A stretch of 56,293 nucleotides of DNA from assembly GCA_003427395.1 (NCBI GenBank), contig BFEA01000002.1:6530730-6587022 (forward strand), in the 5' to 3' direction. Source of the stretch: Chara braunii (taxonomy: Eukaryota > Plantae > Charophyceae). This document shows, piece by piece, positions 1 through 11,103 of this stretch. Made by a program: the position numbers and the translations under genes. A model generated the notes under the pieces. The model was not told where the DNA came from and ran no database searches. It saw only the letters and a program-made list of their open reading frames with translations. Position 1 is the stretch's first letter, and the number at the start of each line of letters is the position of its first letter.

Positions 1-2259
1 TCCTTCCTACCGACCCCCTTCGTCCAATCCGACCATCCCCGTGTTCTTCTGCGTGCATCTACATTAAAGCCAGACGGTCTCGAAGCGCATCCCGCAACAA
101 GTCGCCGTCGACGTTGGTGCACTGCCGCCGCCCACCACCGCGGTTCCCCACAATGCCCAAGTCGACTCTCCGCCGAACGCCGTTCTCGTCAACCTCCCAC
201 AGGAGGTTCTCGTCGAAATCGACACCCGCGTCCAGCAGGATGTTGTGGAGAGTGCACACGGCCACAAATTGTTGTGGCAAGGTTTGAAGGTTCGTCTTGT
301 GGGCACGCAAAAAGAGACGCCACATTCACTTCAGTCGCCCAAACGCCCGCTCCACACATCCCCGCGCCACCTTCTGTCGCGTGTCAAAACGCTCTTCGTC
401 CGGACCCTGGAAGATTCCTCCGTATGGTTGGATGATCCATGGACACGCAACCGGGTAGCCGTTGTCGCCCAGCAGGTAACCTCGCGTAACCACACCGTGT
501 GGGAGATTCTCCAGAGGTGCATCTAAAAGGTCGCCGCTTTCTGCACGCCTCCACAGATGGGAATTGTGCAGTACACGGACGTCGTGGACACTTCCCGGAT
601 ATCCGACGTGGACGTCCAAGATACGCAAATCTAAATCGACGACGACCTGTGCCTGGACGGAGAACTTCTGTTTGCGGTCGTAGTAGTTGACGGACGGTGC
701 TCCTGCTAGCTTGACAATGTAGATATGGGTGCAATCGATGGCGCCGAAGCAGTTCGGGAAACCCTTATCCTGGAACGCGCGTAGAATCTGCGCATGTCTA
801 CGCCCAATAGGCCACTTCATCGCGTCGGGGTAGGCGTTTAGCAGCACCGCAGTGACGTCGCGGACGGCCTGCAGGCCGGTCACCCTGCCGATACCGAAGG
901 CTGATGTCCCGCTCTCGTACGTTTCCCCCGACGCCCATCTGTACAACGTGAAAGCGATCACCTGCTCCACTGGCAGCGGCATCCTGTAGTGCGTGACAAT
1001 CTTCTCGACATGTGCGGCGCAGGCGGCTACAATCTGGTTGAACATCGCCCTCGACATACGCAGCTTCTCCTTGTAGTCGTCCTCTGTGGCGTCATCACAC
1101 AGGCGTAGGTCCTCCCATGTCCCGCCAGTGCGTCGTTTGATCCACCAACGCGGTGTCTGGTGCGGAAAAACGCCAGAGTCGAGAGCGGAACACATCTGCA
1201 TTACAGCTTCGCACGTCGCCATACAATCCGGCGCTTCCACAACGCTCTGCAAGAGCGCTCTCCGTTTATGAAGCTGCAAACGCATGTCGCGGCTGGAGGA
1301 CGACATTTCGCTCATGCTATTCAAGACGACAGCTGTCACGGCCATCGCTACGGCTTCTCTCTTGTCTTCACGCAGACCGTCGCCGCGTCTGCAAACGTCC
1401 ATCTCCATTCAACGCTCGCTTCGTCGACAGCCTGCCAAACACTTTGCTCGTTGGACGGGCCGAAGGCGCCACGTGCCCAACTATGCCACAGTGTGCCACG
1501 CAACAGGGACCAAAAGATGCGGCTGCTGCTCGACGATAAGGAACGACACCACGCACACGTCTCCCGAGCACGTCGCTGCTGCTCGCCGCTGCCACAGGAG
1601 AATAGGCACGCCCGAGCCGACCGAACAGGACGACGCTCTCCACGTTAGCAGTTCAAGACTACGCCAGTCGTACACGAAGCTGCGCCCGCTGGTGCTCGTC
1701 GACGGATGAAACCGTGCACGCCAATGGTCGACGATGGTGGAAGACAACACGGAAGCCTGACGTCAATATGCGCACGCTCGCGGGCAATGGAGGAAGATAG
1801 CCCAGCGGAGGAGGAGGACAAGTTGCGCTGCCGCCCGACATGCGCCCGCTTGGTGAGAATACTCTCATTGAAAGGTTCGCCAACGCCGTCTTTCGCACGT
1901 CTTTCTTCGCCTGTCAGTCCTGATTGAGGCAGAACCGACCCCCCCCCCCCCAGCCCGCTCCACTGCGAAAATTTGAATTCGAATTTTCGAACTGTACGAA
2001 ACGCGCACTTCCCGCCGAAGACACCCGCACGCCGACGGCCTACCGCGCTGTGTACCACGGACACCACCCGACGAGCGGACAAACATCGACGACGCGGCCG
2101 TGTATACGCATATAAAACAGGCCTTGGGACAACTTTTAGGACGAGTCCTAAAAGATGATTTTTAGGATCGCGTGCAACCACTCTGCACGAAATCCTAAAA
2201 AACCTTTAGGACTGGTCCTAAAAAAATTAGGATTCTTTTAGGAGTGTCTAATGAGACCC
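1..2259 (-). mobile_element. PIF/Harbinger DNA transposon #1 (other end outside window)
   Basis: Contains a HARBI1-like transposase. Terminus ...GAGTGTCTAATGAGACCC ends at 2259 and is followed by TTA, a typical Harbinger target. Its reverse complement GGGTCTCATTAGACACTCCT resembles the TIR of Harbinger #2. TCCTAAAA/TTTTAGGA motifs cluster subterminally at ~2133-2243. Confidence 0.85.
59..1408 (-). pseudogene. Harbinger DDE transposase (DDE_Tnp_4/HARBI1-like), one in-frame stop
   Basis: Motifs GAIDCTHI, YYDRKQKFSVQAQVVVD, GYPGSVHD, LLGDNGYP, VERAFGRLK. TGA at 326-328 replaces Gly (second copy reads PKGMWRLFL) and the frame continues to 59. Confidence 0.93.
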
Positions 2260-3098
2260 TTAGAGACTGCATGACGATCTTGTGATTTAAAAAAAAAAAA
2301 AAAAAAGACAATCCTGTGTTCGCCGCACCGATGCCTGACCAGCGTACTCAGGTTAGCTTTATCATCGTAAATGTATCTGAGCGCATTTACGAACGCAGCT
2401 GGATGTACATGACCGCAATTACATCCATATTAGTGAAAACGTCCTAGGGTGTGAGTACGCCTAGCAATCGGTCGGTCACGACGTCTTGCCATGGGATACT
2501 ACTGGCGGTCCCCGACCGAACATAACGCATACGAATCGTATTCGAGGTTTCACGAAAACAAAAATCGATTTTTCGAATACGGCACTTCGAATAGAACGGA
2601 CATGGGTTGTATTCAAATATAACAGACGTGCGTTCTATTTGAATTTCAGAATGGAAACGCTGTTATAACCATTTTTTTATTTTTTATTTTTTTTGTAACC
2701 GAATAGAACGCTATTATCTCCTTTTTTCTTCTTCCACCAGTACCTTTGACGGTTCGAAAATACTCGGCCTCCGACCTTTCAGGAGGCCGAAACGAAACGA
2801 CGGCCACTGATCAGATTTATCAACGGCAGCCGATGTCGGTCCCGGCCTCCTAAAAGTTCGGGTACTGGCCAGTACCACGTCGAAAATAGGCTCGGAGGTA
2901 CTGGTAGTAAAAAAAATAAATTTCATTCCAAGGCAAAACCTTGCCATGGTGTGCAAGGTGCCAGGGGATTTCCATGGAGACGGAGGGTAGAGACAATTGA
3001 GCATATTTTTATTCGCAGCCCTAAGGCTGCGGTCTACTGGGGTTCGGCGTCTGTGTCAAGGTGTCGCATTTTTGGCGGCGAGCGACCAGGACCCAAAG

Positions 3099-3787
3099 TG
3101 GGGTGTTCAAACTTGGTACTTATTCGAGTTTGTCACTGTTTTCGAACGCATCTGTTGTGGTTCTATGTTGAAGATGTAAGGATTCGAACGAACGACCGGT
3201 TAGAGAGTAAGACTTGGCCTTTTAACTATTAGCTGAATCAATGGGATTTGAACTGTGGACGTATCTAACGTATGGATTGTTTTTGCTAGTTACTGGTCCG
3301 ACTTTAGGATTATAGCTTGCGGGAATTGAACACGGCGTCGGTTGAAGTGTTTTTTAGGCCATACGGGATGTTTTCCTGTTTTTATTGGTATTCGAGCAGC
3401 TGATCTGCGTCATTGATTGAAGTGGGCGCGGGACTATTGAAATTTAGACTGGCGGATTAGCTATGATGTTCTTTTTAGGTGCTCCTGCTAAGTATATATA
3501 GTTCTTTAGACTAGTGTTCATTATGTGACTTTAGACCCCTGATGAGACCTGGTTGGCGGCCATGCGAAACCGGTCAGGTCACGTCGGTCGGAAACTTTTG
3601 TTTCCGATGTGCTTCATGTTCTATTTTTTGAAACAAGTCGTGTTCGTGACACTCGTCTTCTTCTTTCCGTCTCTCTCTCCTCTCTTCTCTCTTTCTCCCC
3701 CCCTCTCCCTCTGCGGTCTTGTCTGTGTGGTGCATTGAGGATAAGGTTTCAGCCATTGTACTCTGTACTATCGCGTCTGTGACATAC
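3099..3787 (+). repeat. 5' pseudo-LTR of PLE #1
   Basis: Co-linear, highly similar copy of 8510-9199. Confidence 0.92.
3534..3580 (+). ncRNA. Minimal type I hammerhead ribozyme (PLE #1, 5' copy)
   Basis: GACCC-CTGATGA-G..TGGTTGGCGGCCA..C-GAAAC-CG-GTC-AGGTC. Conserved core, palindromic ACCGGT stem III, GUC cleavage triplet, one stem I mismatch. Confidence 0.82.
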
Positions 3788-3848
3788 TTGTATCCACAAA
3801 GTAACCGAAGTAGGAGTGATACTACTGTCGAGTGACTTTGACTTCAAC

Positions 3849-5314
3849 ATGGCGACGAACGACATTCTTAATGCTCCGACAACTCGTGACTGTTATAACA
3901 ATGGCCAGCTTGGGCACATATCTCGATTTTGTCCTCTTCCGGATTGAAGGTTGAATGCGGCGCGGCCTTCTAATGTTATTGTGCCTGCTCAGCCTCTGGC
4001 TACTGTTCCTTCTGCGTCTAACGTAGGAACGACTGTTCCGTACTACTCTGGACAGTATAGTGGTGGAGGGAGTGGTAGTGGTTTGGGAAGGAGGGTTAGT
4101 TCGTTGGAGGAGATTGTTGGGAGGATCAATTCCAAACATGAAGCCGATGAAGCTAGATTACGGGAGCAACGAGAGGATGAGGAGAGGAAGAAACCGTGAC
4201 GTGAGAAAGAAGAAGAAGAGCGTAGGCAGAAAGAGCAAAAATAGCGAGAAGAATTTAAGAGGGAGATGCACAGGGAAATGTCGACGAAATTGGATAAGGT
4301 TTGCGAAGCTGTTAGTGGGAAGATGAATGGTGAGTCTGATGAAATTAAGGAATTGAAGGCGTAGGTAGAGTCTTTGAATCGACAGTGCAAGATGGGGAGT
4401 GCTACAGAACGTAAGTCAGGAGAAGATGATGAGGTTGTTAGGCTGCGGGCGGAGGTTGCTTTACTGAAACGAGCAAACGATGGTGCTAGTACTTCTGCTA
4501 CGATGACGGGTGCCGCAAGGGATGCCGATGAACTGATCCGACTTCGGCGGGAGCAGGCGGAAGCCAAGGCGGCAACTAATAAACGTTTGGCTGCGATGGA
4601 GGAAGTAATCGTTGCTTTGCAAAAACATGTGAATCGGCTGAAGCCAACGCTGAAGTCTGGAGGAATGAGGCTTTACGCCCTGGGAACAAGCGTGGGAGTG
4701 TTATTATTGGTTGTACACCGACTAGTGACGCTCATGTCCGACCGAAGGTGACTCCTGTTGTTGCCCCAGGTACTGCTGGGAGAGTCAACATGCAATTGAA
4801 AGGGCTGGTCGAGAGACACCAGCGCGAGGTTGACTTGCTGAAGGAAATGAGACTACGTGAAGTGAACGCTCGAAAAGAGTCGGAGGAAGAGGTCGAGCGC
4901 CTTAAGGAAGTTATGGTGAGATTGGGAACGGCGAAGCGGCCAAAGGGTACTAACCTTAAAGAAAAAATGGACGATGCAGTGGGACTATCTTCGAGGAAGG
5001 ACAAGGGCCGCAAGCGTCCTGTGTCACCTACGGAGCAGGCTTGTCAGAGAGATATTTTCGTTAGGGAAACGAGCAAGCAACTTCGCAATTTGAAGAAAGA
5101 GGACATCATGGGGATTTGCGAGAAAGAAGGGATTGAGTATACTAAGCTTGATCCGACGAAGGAAGCAATTGCGCAACTGAGGGCTGATCGTGCAGGTCTT
5201 GACGATGCCAATCGAGGAAAGGATGACGTCAACGCAACCTCGGTTGTTAAAGTAACGGAGGACGAGGGGGATTGTTCCGATAAGAGCGACGGGCGTGACT
5301 CTGCCACTTCTTAG
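3849..5314 (+). pseudogene. PLE #1 ORF1: gag-like zinc knuckle, coiled coil and HeH/SAP-like C-terminus; disrupted
   Basis: ATG at 3849 gives MATNDILNAPTTRDCYNNGQLGHISRFC (decayed CCHC), then E/R/K-rich helical segments, then LRNLKKEDIMGICEKEGIEYTK. Several stops and frameshifts. Confidence 0.72.
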
Positions 5315-5376
5315 GGTCATGCCCGAGCGCGACTTTTTAATCGCAAGTAGTCAAGATATGTTGTAGAATTCGTGCT

Positions 5377-8220
5377 TTGTCTGTGGAATTGTTGCGTTGT
5401 AGGGAAGTTAATCTGCTGTTGACTTTGGCGATCTATGGTCTTATTCTTTTCGATGCGATCCCGTGGTGTCGAAAGTTGAGCGAATTTATTATTCAGTTTG
5501 CCTTCGATGGTAGGCATGGTGTTGAGGAATGGAAAGGTCTGGTTGTTTATGCTTTAGTTTCTCCGTGGGCTCGTCATGTGTATGTCGGTAGTACGCAGCG
5601 TGATTTGCATTCTCGTTGGAGGGAACATGTTTACCGACCGTGTCATCCTAATGTAATTAATGGGGGATGAAGGAAAAAGAAACTTTATCAGTGGCTTCGA
5701 AGATGCGGTACCCATATGTACGTTGTTGTCCCGCTTTGTCGTTGTTCCAAGGATGATTTGTTAGAGACGTAGAAGTATTTTATCCGGTTATTAACACCGG
5801 CCCTTTAGGACACGTGATAAACCCAGGCATTCCAAGAAGCGACGTGTTGGACTGAGAGAAAGGCTACGAACGAAGAAGGTTAGCGGTGTTGTCACTTAGC
5901 CTGTCTCGGGGGTTAGCGTGCATCGTGGTTCCCTTTATGAATTTCATGCTTCAGATGGCACTGTTTCTGTTAGTCTGCTCAAGATCCTTGGTAATTGTAA
6001 GGATAAGGGCGTGCATCGTGTGATGTTCAGATGTCAGGGGGGTGATCGTTTGGTTGACAAATGGAAGCTGCTTAAGAGGTTGTATGGAGGTAGCCTTGTC
6101 GATTGTTGTTTCGGCAAACAGGAGTTGCAGTATGCTCGTGATTGGTTAAAAGATGGTGTTACCCTCCTGATTGATCCCATTGTCCCGTTCGTGAGTCGTT
6201 CCCTTGCTTTGAAGGGTCATTTAGCCTCCTTCCTGAGCAACCCTTCTAAACGTGTTGAACTGAAATCTTGGGTTTTTGATGTCCTTATTGCTGCTTACAC
6301 CGCTATCCGTACTTTTGGTGAGAAGAGGACCAGGTTTCGGTTGAGATGCCTACTTTCGCATCATCTGTTGTCAAGATTTAGCGTGTATGTGAGAAAACGT
6401 TTGGTGGTTAAGGTTGTCTACGATGAACATATTTGTAAATTAGGGGTTCGGAAGCTGTGTGCTTAAGCTATTGCAGGGTTAGATATTCAGAAGAGTTGGA
6501 AGAGAATGTTATTGCGGCATATGCACATTGTTTGGTGTCGGAACAAAAGCATTGGGGACTTGATCCATAACTTTGGATCCTTTGCAAGATGCGGTTCTGT
6601 GGAATGTCATTGTGGAAGTGCAGATGCTTCCCTCCCGCGGCGTGATGGTCATGTGTCATTTCGTGTCAACGATTTGCCCTCGATATTTCCTATGTGATTC
6701 CGGAATTAAAAAAACCTTGTGCATCCTTCTGAGTGTAGGCTGCTTTTTGGGCTACGTAGGCAGATTGTTTCAGCATTTGAGTCTCATCCTTCGCTACCCG
6801 CTCCTGACCCTGATTGTCTCTCGACCGTGAAGCTGAGTAGTTGTTTGGTTTGTGATGGTGGGGGCTCTGTTTCTGAGAACGTGTTATGCGAAGATGATAT
6901 TGCCCCATTGAAATCGCTGTTACAGGGCCTGGTTCAATCGATCATAACATGGGTGATACATATGTGTGCTGCCTCGTCCTCTACTACCAGGGTATGCAGG
7001 GGTTGTTTTTTGGGAATCCGACGTTTGAGCTATGTATCAAGGATGAGTGTGAGTTGCTCCAGGAGTGTGAGCAAACCTATCTTCGAAATGAGTTGCAGAG
7101 TGTCGGTCAATGGAAGAAGAAAGGTAAGTTAGGAGAAACTTATTGCTTACCGACGCATTAAGATGTATTCAAATGAAGACCGATTTGTCCATTCTACCCC
7201 GAGTGCTCGGCAGTGGGTGGTAAGATTATCTCTCGGGAGGTTAATGCGCTGTTGTGGAATCTCTCGGCTGGTAGTAACCTTAATCTTCAGAGTGCTGATG
7301 AGCTACTTTCTCGTATTAAGAAGGTAAACGCAGGTTTGACTGACAATGATATGATTCTTGGGGCTTCCTTCGATATTAAGGAAATGTTTTCTAATTTGCC
7401 TCACAAGTCCATTTTGAAAGCATTAATGTGGGTTGTGGAGTTCTGGCAAGAGAAAGGTGTTAATGCAGTTGGAATATGCAAGCAAGAAAAGGGGGCGAAA
7501 CTGTTGACTGAAAGGGTGGAAATGGGTTGGAAGAGCATTTCATTCCATGCGGTGCTGGAGTTTGTTTCATTTGAGCTTGAGCGTACGTTTGTTCGAGCTT
7601 TGGGAAGGCTGCTAAGACAAATGGTTGGTAATCCTATGGGGAAGTCGCTGAGTCCTGCACTGACCTGCTTGCTAGTATGCGCCTACAATGAGTTCATATT
7701 TTTGACTGGCTTAGGGAGTGATCAAAGGTTATTTCGTGGCTTTAGATTGGTGGACGATGTTTCAGCGTTTGTTGTTTGCAAAAGGGATGACAGTTGTTCC
7801 TATGTTAGAGGATTGAAACTCATTAATTCTTTTAAAAATTGTTATGACAACAACCTGGTTTTTTAGCAAACCAATGAAGGGAATTGCTGGGACTTTCTTG
7901 GATGTGTTCTGAAGGTGTTTAAGTGAAGAACGAGTGTGCTTTGCTTTCCGTTGATGAAGAACCAGAGGGAGGAGGTCAATGTGAAATTGAAGTTTCAAAG
8001 TATCCAAGATTTTGTCTCATTTACAAACCGGCAACAAAATTTGGCGGTAATTAATTCCCTCCTTCATCGTGCAAAAGCATATTCCTCGGTTGATGGTATG
8101 GTAGTTCTTTTCCTCTTTGCTCTCAATTGCGAGTTGTGGAAGAGGGTCTATCCAGATTCGTTTTTCGACTCAGCGGTTATTCATTTTTCAAGAAAATTTG
8201 GTGGATTGTGGCGTGACTAG
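5377..8220 (+). pseudogene. PLE #1 ORF2: GIY-YIG endonuclease followed by Penelope-type reverse transcriptase; disrupted
   Basis: VVYALVSPWARHVYVGSTQRDLHSRWREH (GIY-YIG), CHC linker, SFDIKEMFSNLPH, QMVGNPMGKSLSP, FRLVDD. Confidence 0.9.
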
Positions 8221-8509
8221 CTGCCTTTTCTGACTCGGTGGGGTCGCTTATTGAGCGATGTTGACTATTTTGAGGATCTCCGTAGTTAAGGGGTCCCTTG
8301 GTCCCTGAAGTCTAGGGACTGTTTCTCTTGTGTTCGGAGGATGTGAGAATTGAGGGTTGGGGTATTCGAACCTGGCAGATGTAAGAGTTGAATAATGGTG
8401 TTTGAACTTGATATCTGTTGGAGGTTGTTAGGGTATTCTCGGGTTATTCGAACTCGGTACTTGTTGGAACTTTTTGCGGTTTCGGGATGCACTTGTAGAA
8501 GTCTTTCTA

Positions 8510-9199
8510 TGGGGTGTTCGAACTTGGTACCTATTCGAGTTTGTCACTGTTTTCGAACGCGTCTGTTGTGGTTCTACGTTGAAGATGTAAGGATTCGAAC
8601 GAACGACCGATTACAGAGTAAGAATTGACCTTTTAGGTTTTAGCTGAATCAATGGGATTTAACCTGTTGACGTATCTAACGTCTGGATTGTTTTTGTTAG
8701 TTGCTAGTCCGACTTTACGATCATAGCTTGTGGGAATTGAACACGACGTCGGTTGAAGTGTTTTTTAGGCCATACGGGCTGTTTTCCTGTTTTTATTGGT
8801 ATTCGAGCAGTCGATCTGCGTCATTGCTTGAAGTGGGCACGCGACTATTGAAATTTAGACCGGCGGATTAGCTATGATGTTCTTTTTAGGTGCTCCTGCG
8901 AAGTTTATATAGTTTTTTAGACTAGTGTCCATTATGTGACTTTAGACCCCTGATGAGACCTGGTTGGCGGCCATGTGAAACCGGTCGGGTCACGCCGGTC
9001 GGAAGCTTTTGTTTCTGATGTGCTTCATGTTCTATTTTTTGAAACAAATCGCGTTCGGGATACTCGTCTTCTTCTTTCCGTCTCTCTCTCCTCTCGTCTC
9101 TCTTTCTCCCTCCCTTCTCCCTCTGCGGTCCTGTCTGTGTGGTGCATTGAGGATAAGGTTTCAACCATTGTACTTTGTACTGTCGCGTCTGTGACATAC
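8510..9199 (+). repeat. 3' pseudo-LTR of PLE #1
   Basis: Direct repeat of 3099-3787. Confidence 0.92.
8945..8991 (+). ncRNA. Minimal type I hammerhead ribozyme (PLE #1, 3' copy)
   Basis: GACCC-CTGATGA-...-GAAAC-CG-GTC-GGGTC with perfect 5-bp stem I. Confidence 0.85.
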
Positions 9200-9410
9200 C
9201 AAAGTGGGTTCTTAGGGGGCAAAAAAAATTGGGGAACCGGTCCTTGCTAAAATTGCGGACTACCTACAGCTAGCTCTGGCAGAACCGGGACTTTTGGAAA
9301 AAGGAAGGACCGGTCCTTGGGTGGAAGTGGACCCCAAAAAGAAGTGGGGGTCATTCCATCTGCGAAATAGATCGCGGCCTCAATTTGACCCATATTTCAA
9401 TTTTGCCATG

Positions 9411-9413
<3 letters not shown>

Positions 9414-9463
<50 letters not shown>

Positions 9464-9654
9464 NNNNNNNNNNNNNNNNNNNNNNNNNNNNNNNNNNNNN
9501 NNNNNNNNNNNNNNNNNNNNNNNNNNNNNNNNNNNNNNNNNNNNNNNNNNNNNNNNNNNNNNNNNNNNNNNNNNNNNNNNNNNNNNNNNNNNNCCTCCCT
9601 CTCTCTCTATCTCTCTTTCTTTCTCTCTCTCTCTCACTCGTATCAACAAATGGA

Positions 9655-9711
<57 letters not shown>
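9414..9711. repeat. (CT)n microsatellite spanning an N gap
   Basis: Direct reading; gap at 9464-9593. Confidence 0.95.
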
Positions 9712-9716
<5 letters not shown>

Positions 9717-10399
9717 CGAGCTCTTAGTCTCATTGATATGCAATGTCCATCCTCACCACCAGTACTTCCCAAACCACGATTTTAGGAAATGTACGGGCCA
9801 CTACAGGAGCGCCCAAATTCATCCGACTAAAACGTTTCTGCTCTATTTTTTTTCCGCGGCCTATGGTTGGACCCAGTATTGGTGGTTTAAACTGCTACTA
9901 CAAGGCCCCAGCCTTGCATAAACTTGAAGTTTTTGTCGCCACAAGCAAAACTCGGAAGGGCCACGCGGCGCAGGGCGCTGTTGGAAAAAAATTGACGGCC
10001 TCCAAAGTAGTGCGGCTCTGGTGCTTTAACATTGCGATGGTGGGATAGGGCATGAAGATATATGATTCCTGACCATCAATGACCATGGAACAAGAGGGCG
10101 ATCCTAATGAGACACCACCGACCTTGCAGGCAGACACATTTGTAGGTCACATGTTTTGGCTGGGAAGAACAATCCTCTGGGTTTAATGGTGGCAGGGGTG
10201 TGCATTAGCTTTTGAAGGGGGGGGGGGGTGAAACGGGAGGAGATAATAAAGCAGATCAAGCACTAGAACCAGTTGGAGCTACTGTGGAGGTGGTAGAAGA
10301 CAAGGCAGATCGTTTACCAACTGCATATACAGAAAGATATAGCCACACACATAACCTGTTTTTATAGGGACTGGTTGGGGGGAGATCGGAAGGGGTGGA

Positions 10400-10731
10400 T
10401 CGTAAAGGTGGCATGATCAGGGTACAAAACAGATGGGCAACAACGTGGGCAAAAGGACGAAGGAATGGAGGTGGCTCGTGACTACCGTCTGGTCTTCAAG
10501 GAGTGGACTAAGATCAACCCACCCACACACCGGCGTCTGCGAATGTGGTTTGAAAGAGTCGGTTTGGATGGGTCCGGAAGTAGTCATAGTTTTCGGGTTG
10601 GTGGAGTTCGTGAGGGAATCCGCCGTGGGTGGACCTTGGAGCAGATGCTGACTCAAGGTTCCTGGAAGAGTTTTTCATCCTTCATTCGGTACGGGTATGG
10701 ATGTCATACTCGAGAGGCTTGCCGTCAATGA
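10400..10731 (+). pseudogene. Tyrosine recombinase C-terminal fragment
   Basis: GYKTDGQQRG upstream, then SSHSFRVGG...LEQMLTQGSWKSFSSFIRY (H-x-x-R and W/Y boxes of Cre/DIRS-type YRs). Confidence 0.8.
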
Positions 10732-11103
10732 GACTATTCTAGCCACTAGCTTGAAGGTGCCGGGGTTGAGAGTCTTTTTGGGTACTCTGAAGTTTGACCA
10801 AGCCGCTCTTGGAGCTGAGGGAGTGATGAGTAGGTATTCTCCTCCGAATGTCTTCATTCTCCTGACTACCTGGCAGAGCAAGGATGCTGGTGGAAAAAGC
10901 CATAGATATGAGTCCGCCTGGAATTTCTGCCAGTTCAAGGATAATGCTTCCACATCGTTGCAATCCTCACACCAGATCTCAGAGATAAAGCAAGAGGACA
11001 CATGATGAGTTTGTGAAGCAAACATATCGGCCGAAGGCATTCCAATTTTCTTGATGATTTGACTGGTTAAATGATGGGCGAGACCCCAATCAGATCCTGC
11101 CAT
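10675..11103 (-). pseudogene. DIRS-associated DNA N6-adenine methyltransferase-like domain
   Basis: ADMFAS...ALSLNW...WLFPPASLLCQVV...LLITP...W matches the MT domain known downstream of RNase H in DIRS elements. Confidence 0.75.

Larger units (their letters stand above)
3099..9199 (+). mobile_element. Penelope-like retroelement #1 (N-terminal GIY-YIG type) with direct pseudo-LTRs
   Basis: ~690-bp direct repeats at 3099-3787 and 8510-9199. Flanking duplication CAAAGTGGG at 3094-3102 and 9200-9208, partly overlapping the 5' repeat. Internal zinc-knuckle ORF and GIY-YIG + RT ORF. Hammerhead in each repeat. Confidence 0.9.

Noticed and set aside
2445-3023. TAGGG...CCCTA hAT-like MITE with GAATAGAACG repeats
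   Set aside because: TIR match is weak and there is no 8-bp TSD; cannot be called.
5377-8220. Group II intron or retron RT
   Set aside because: Direct terminal repeats with hammerheads, a TSD and GIY-YIG fit a Penelope-like element; no intron boundary motifs were seen.
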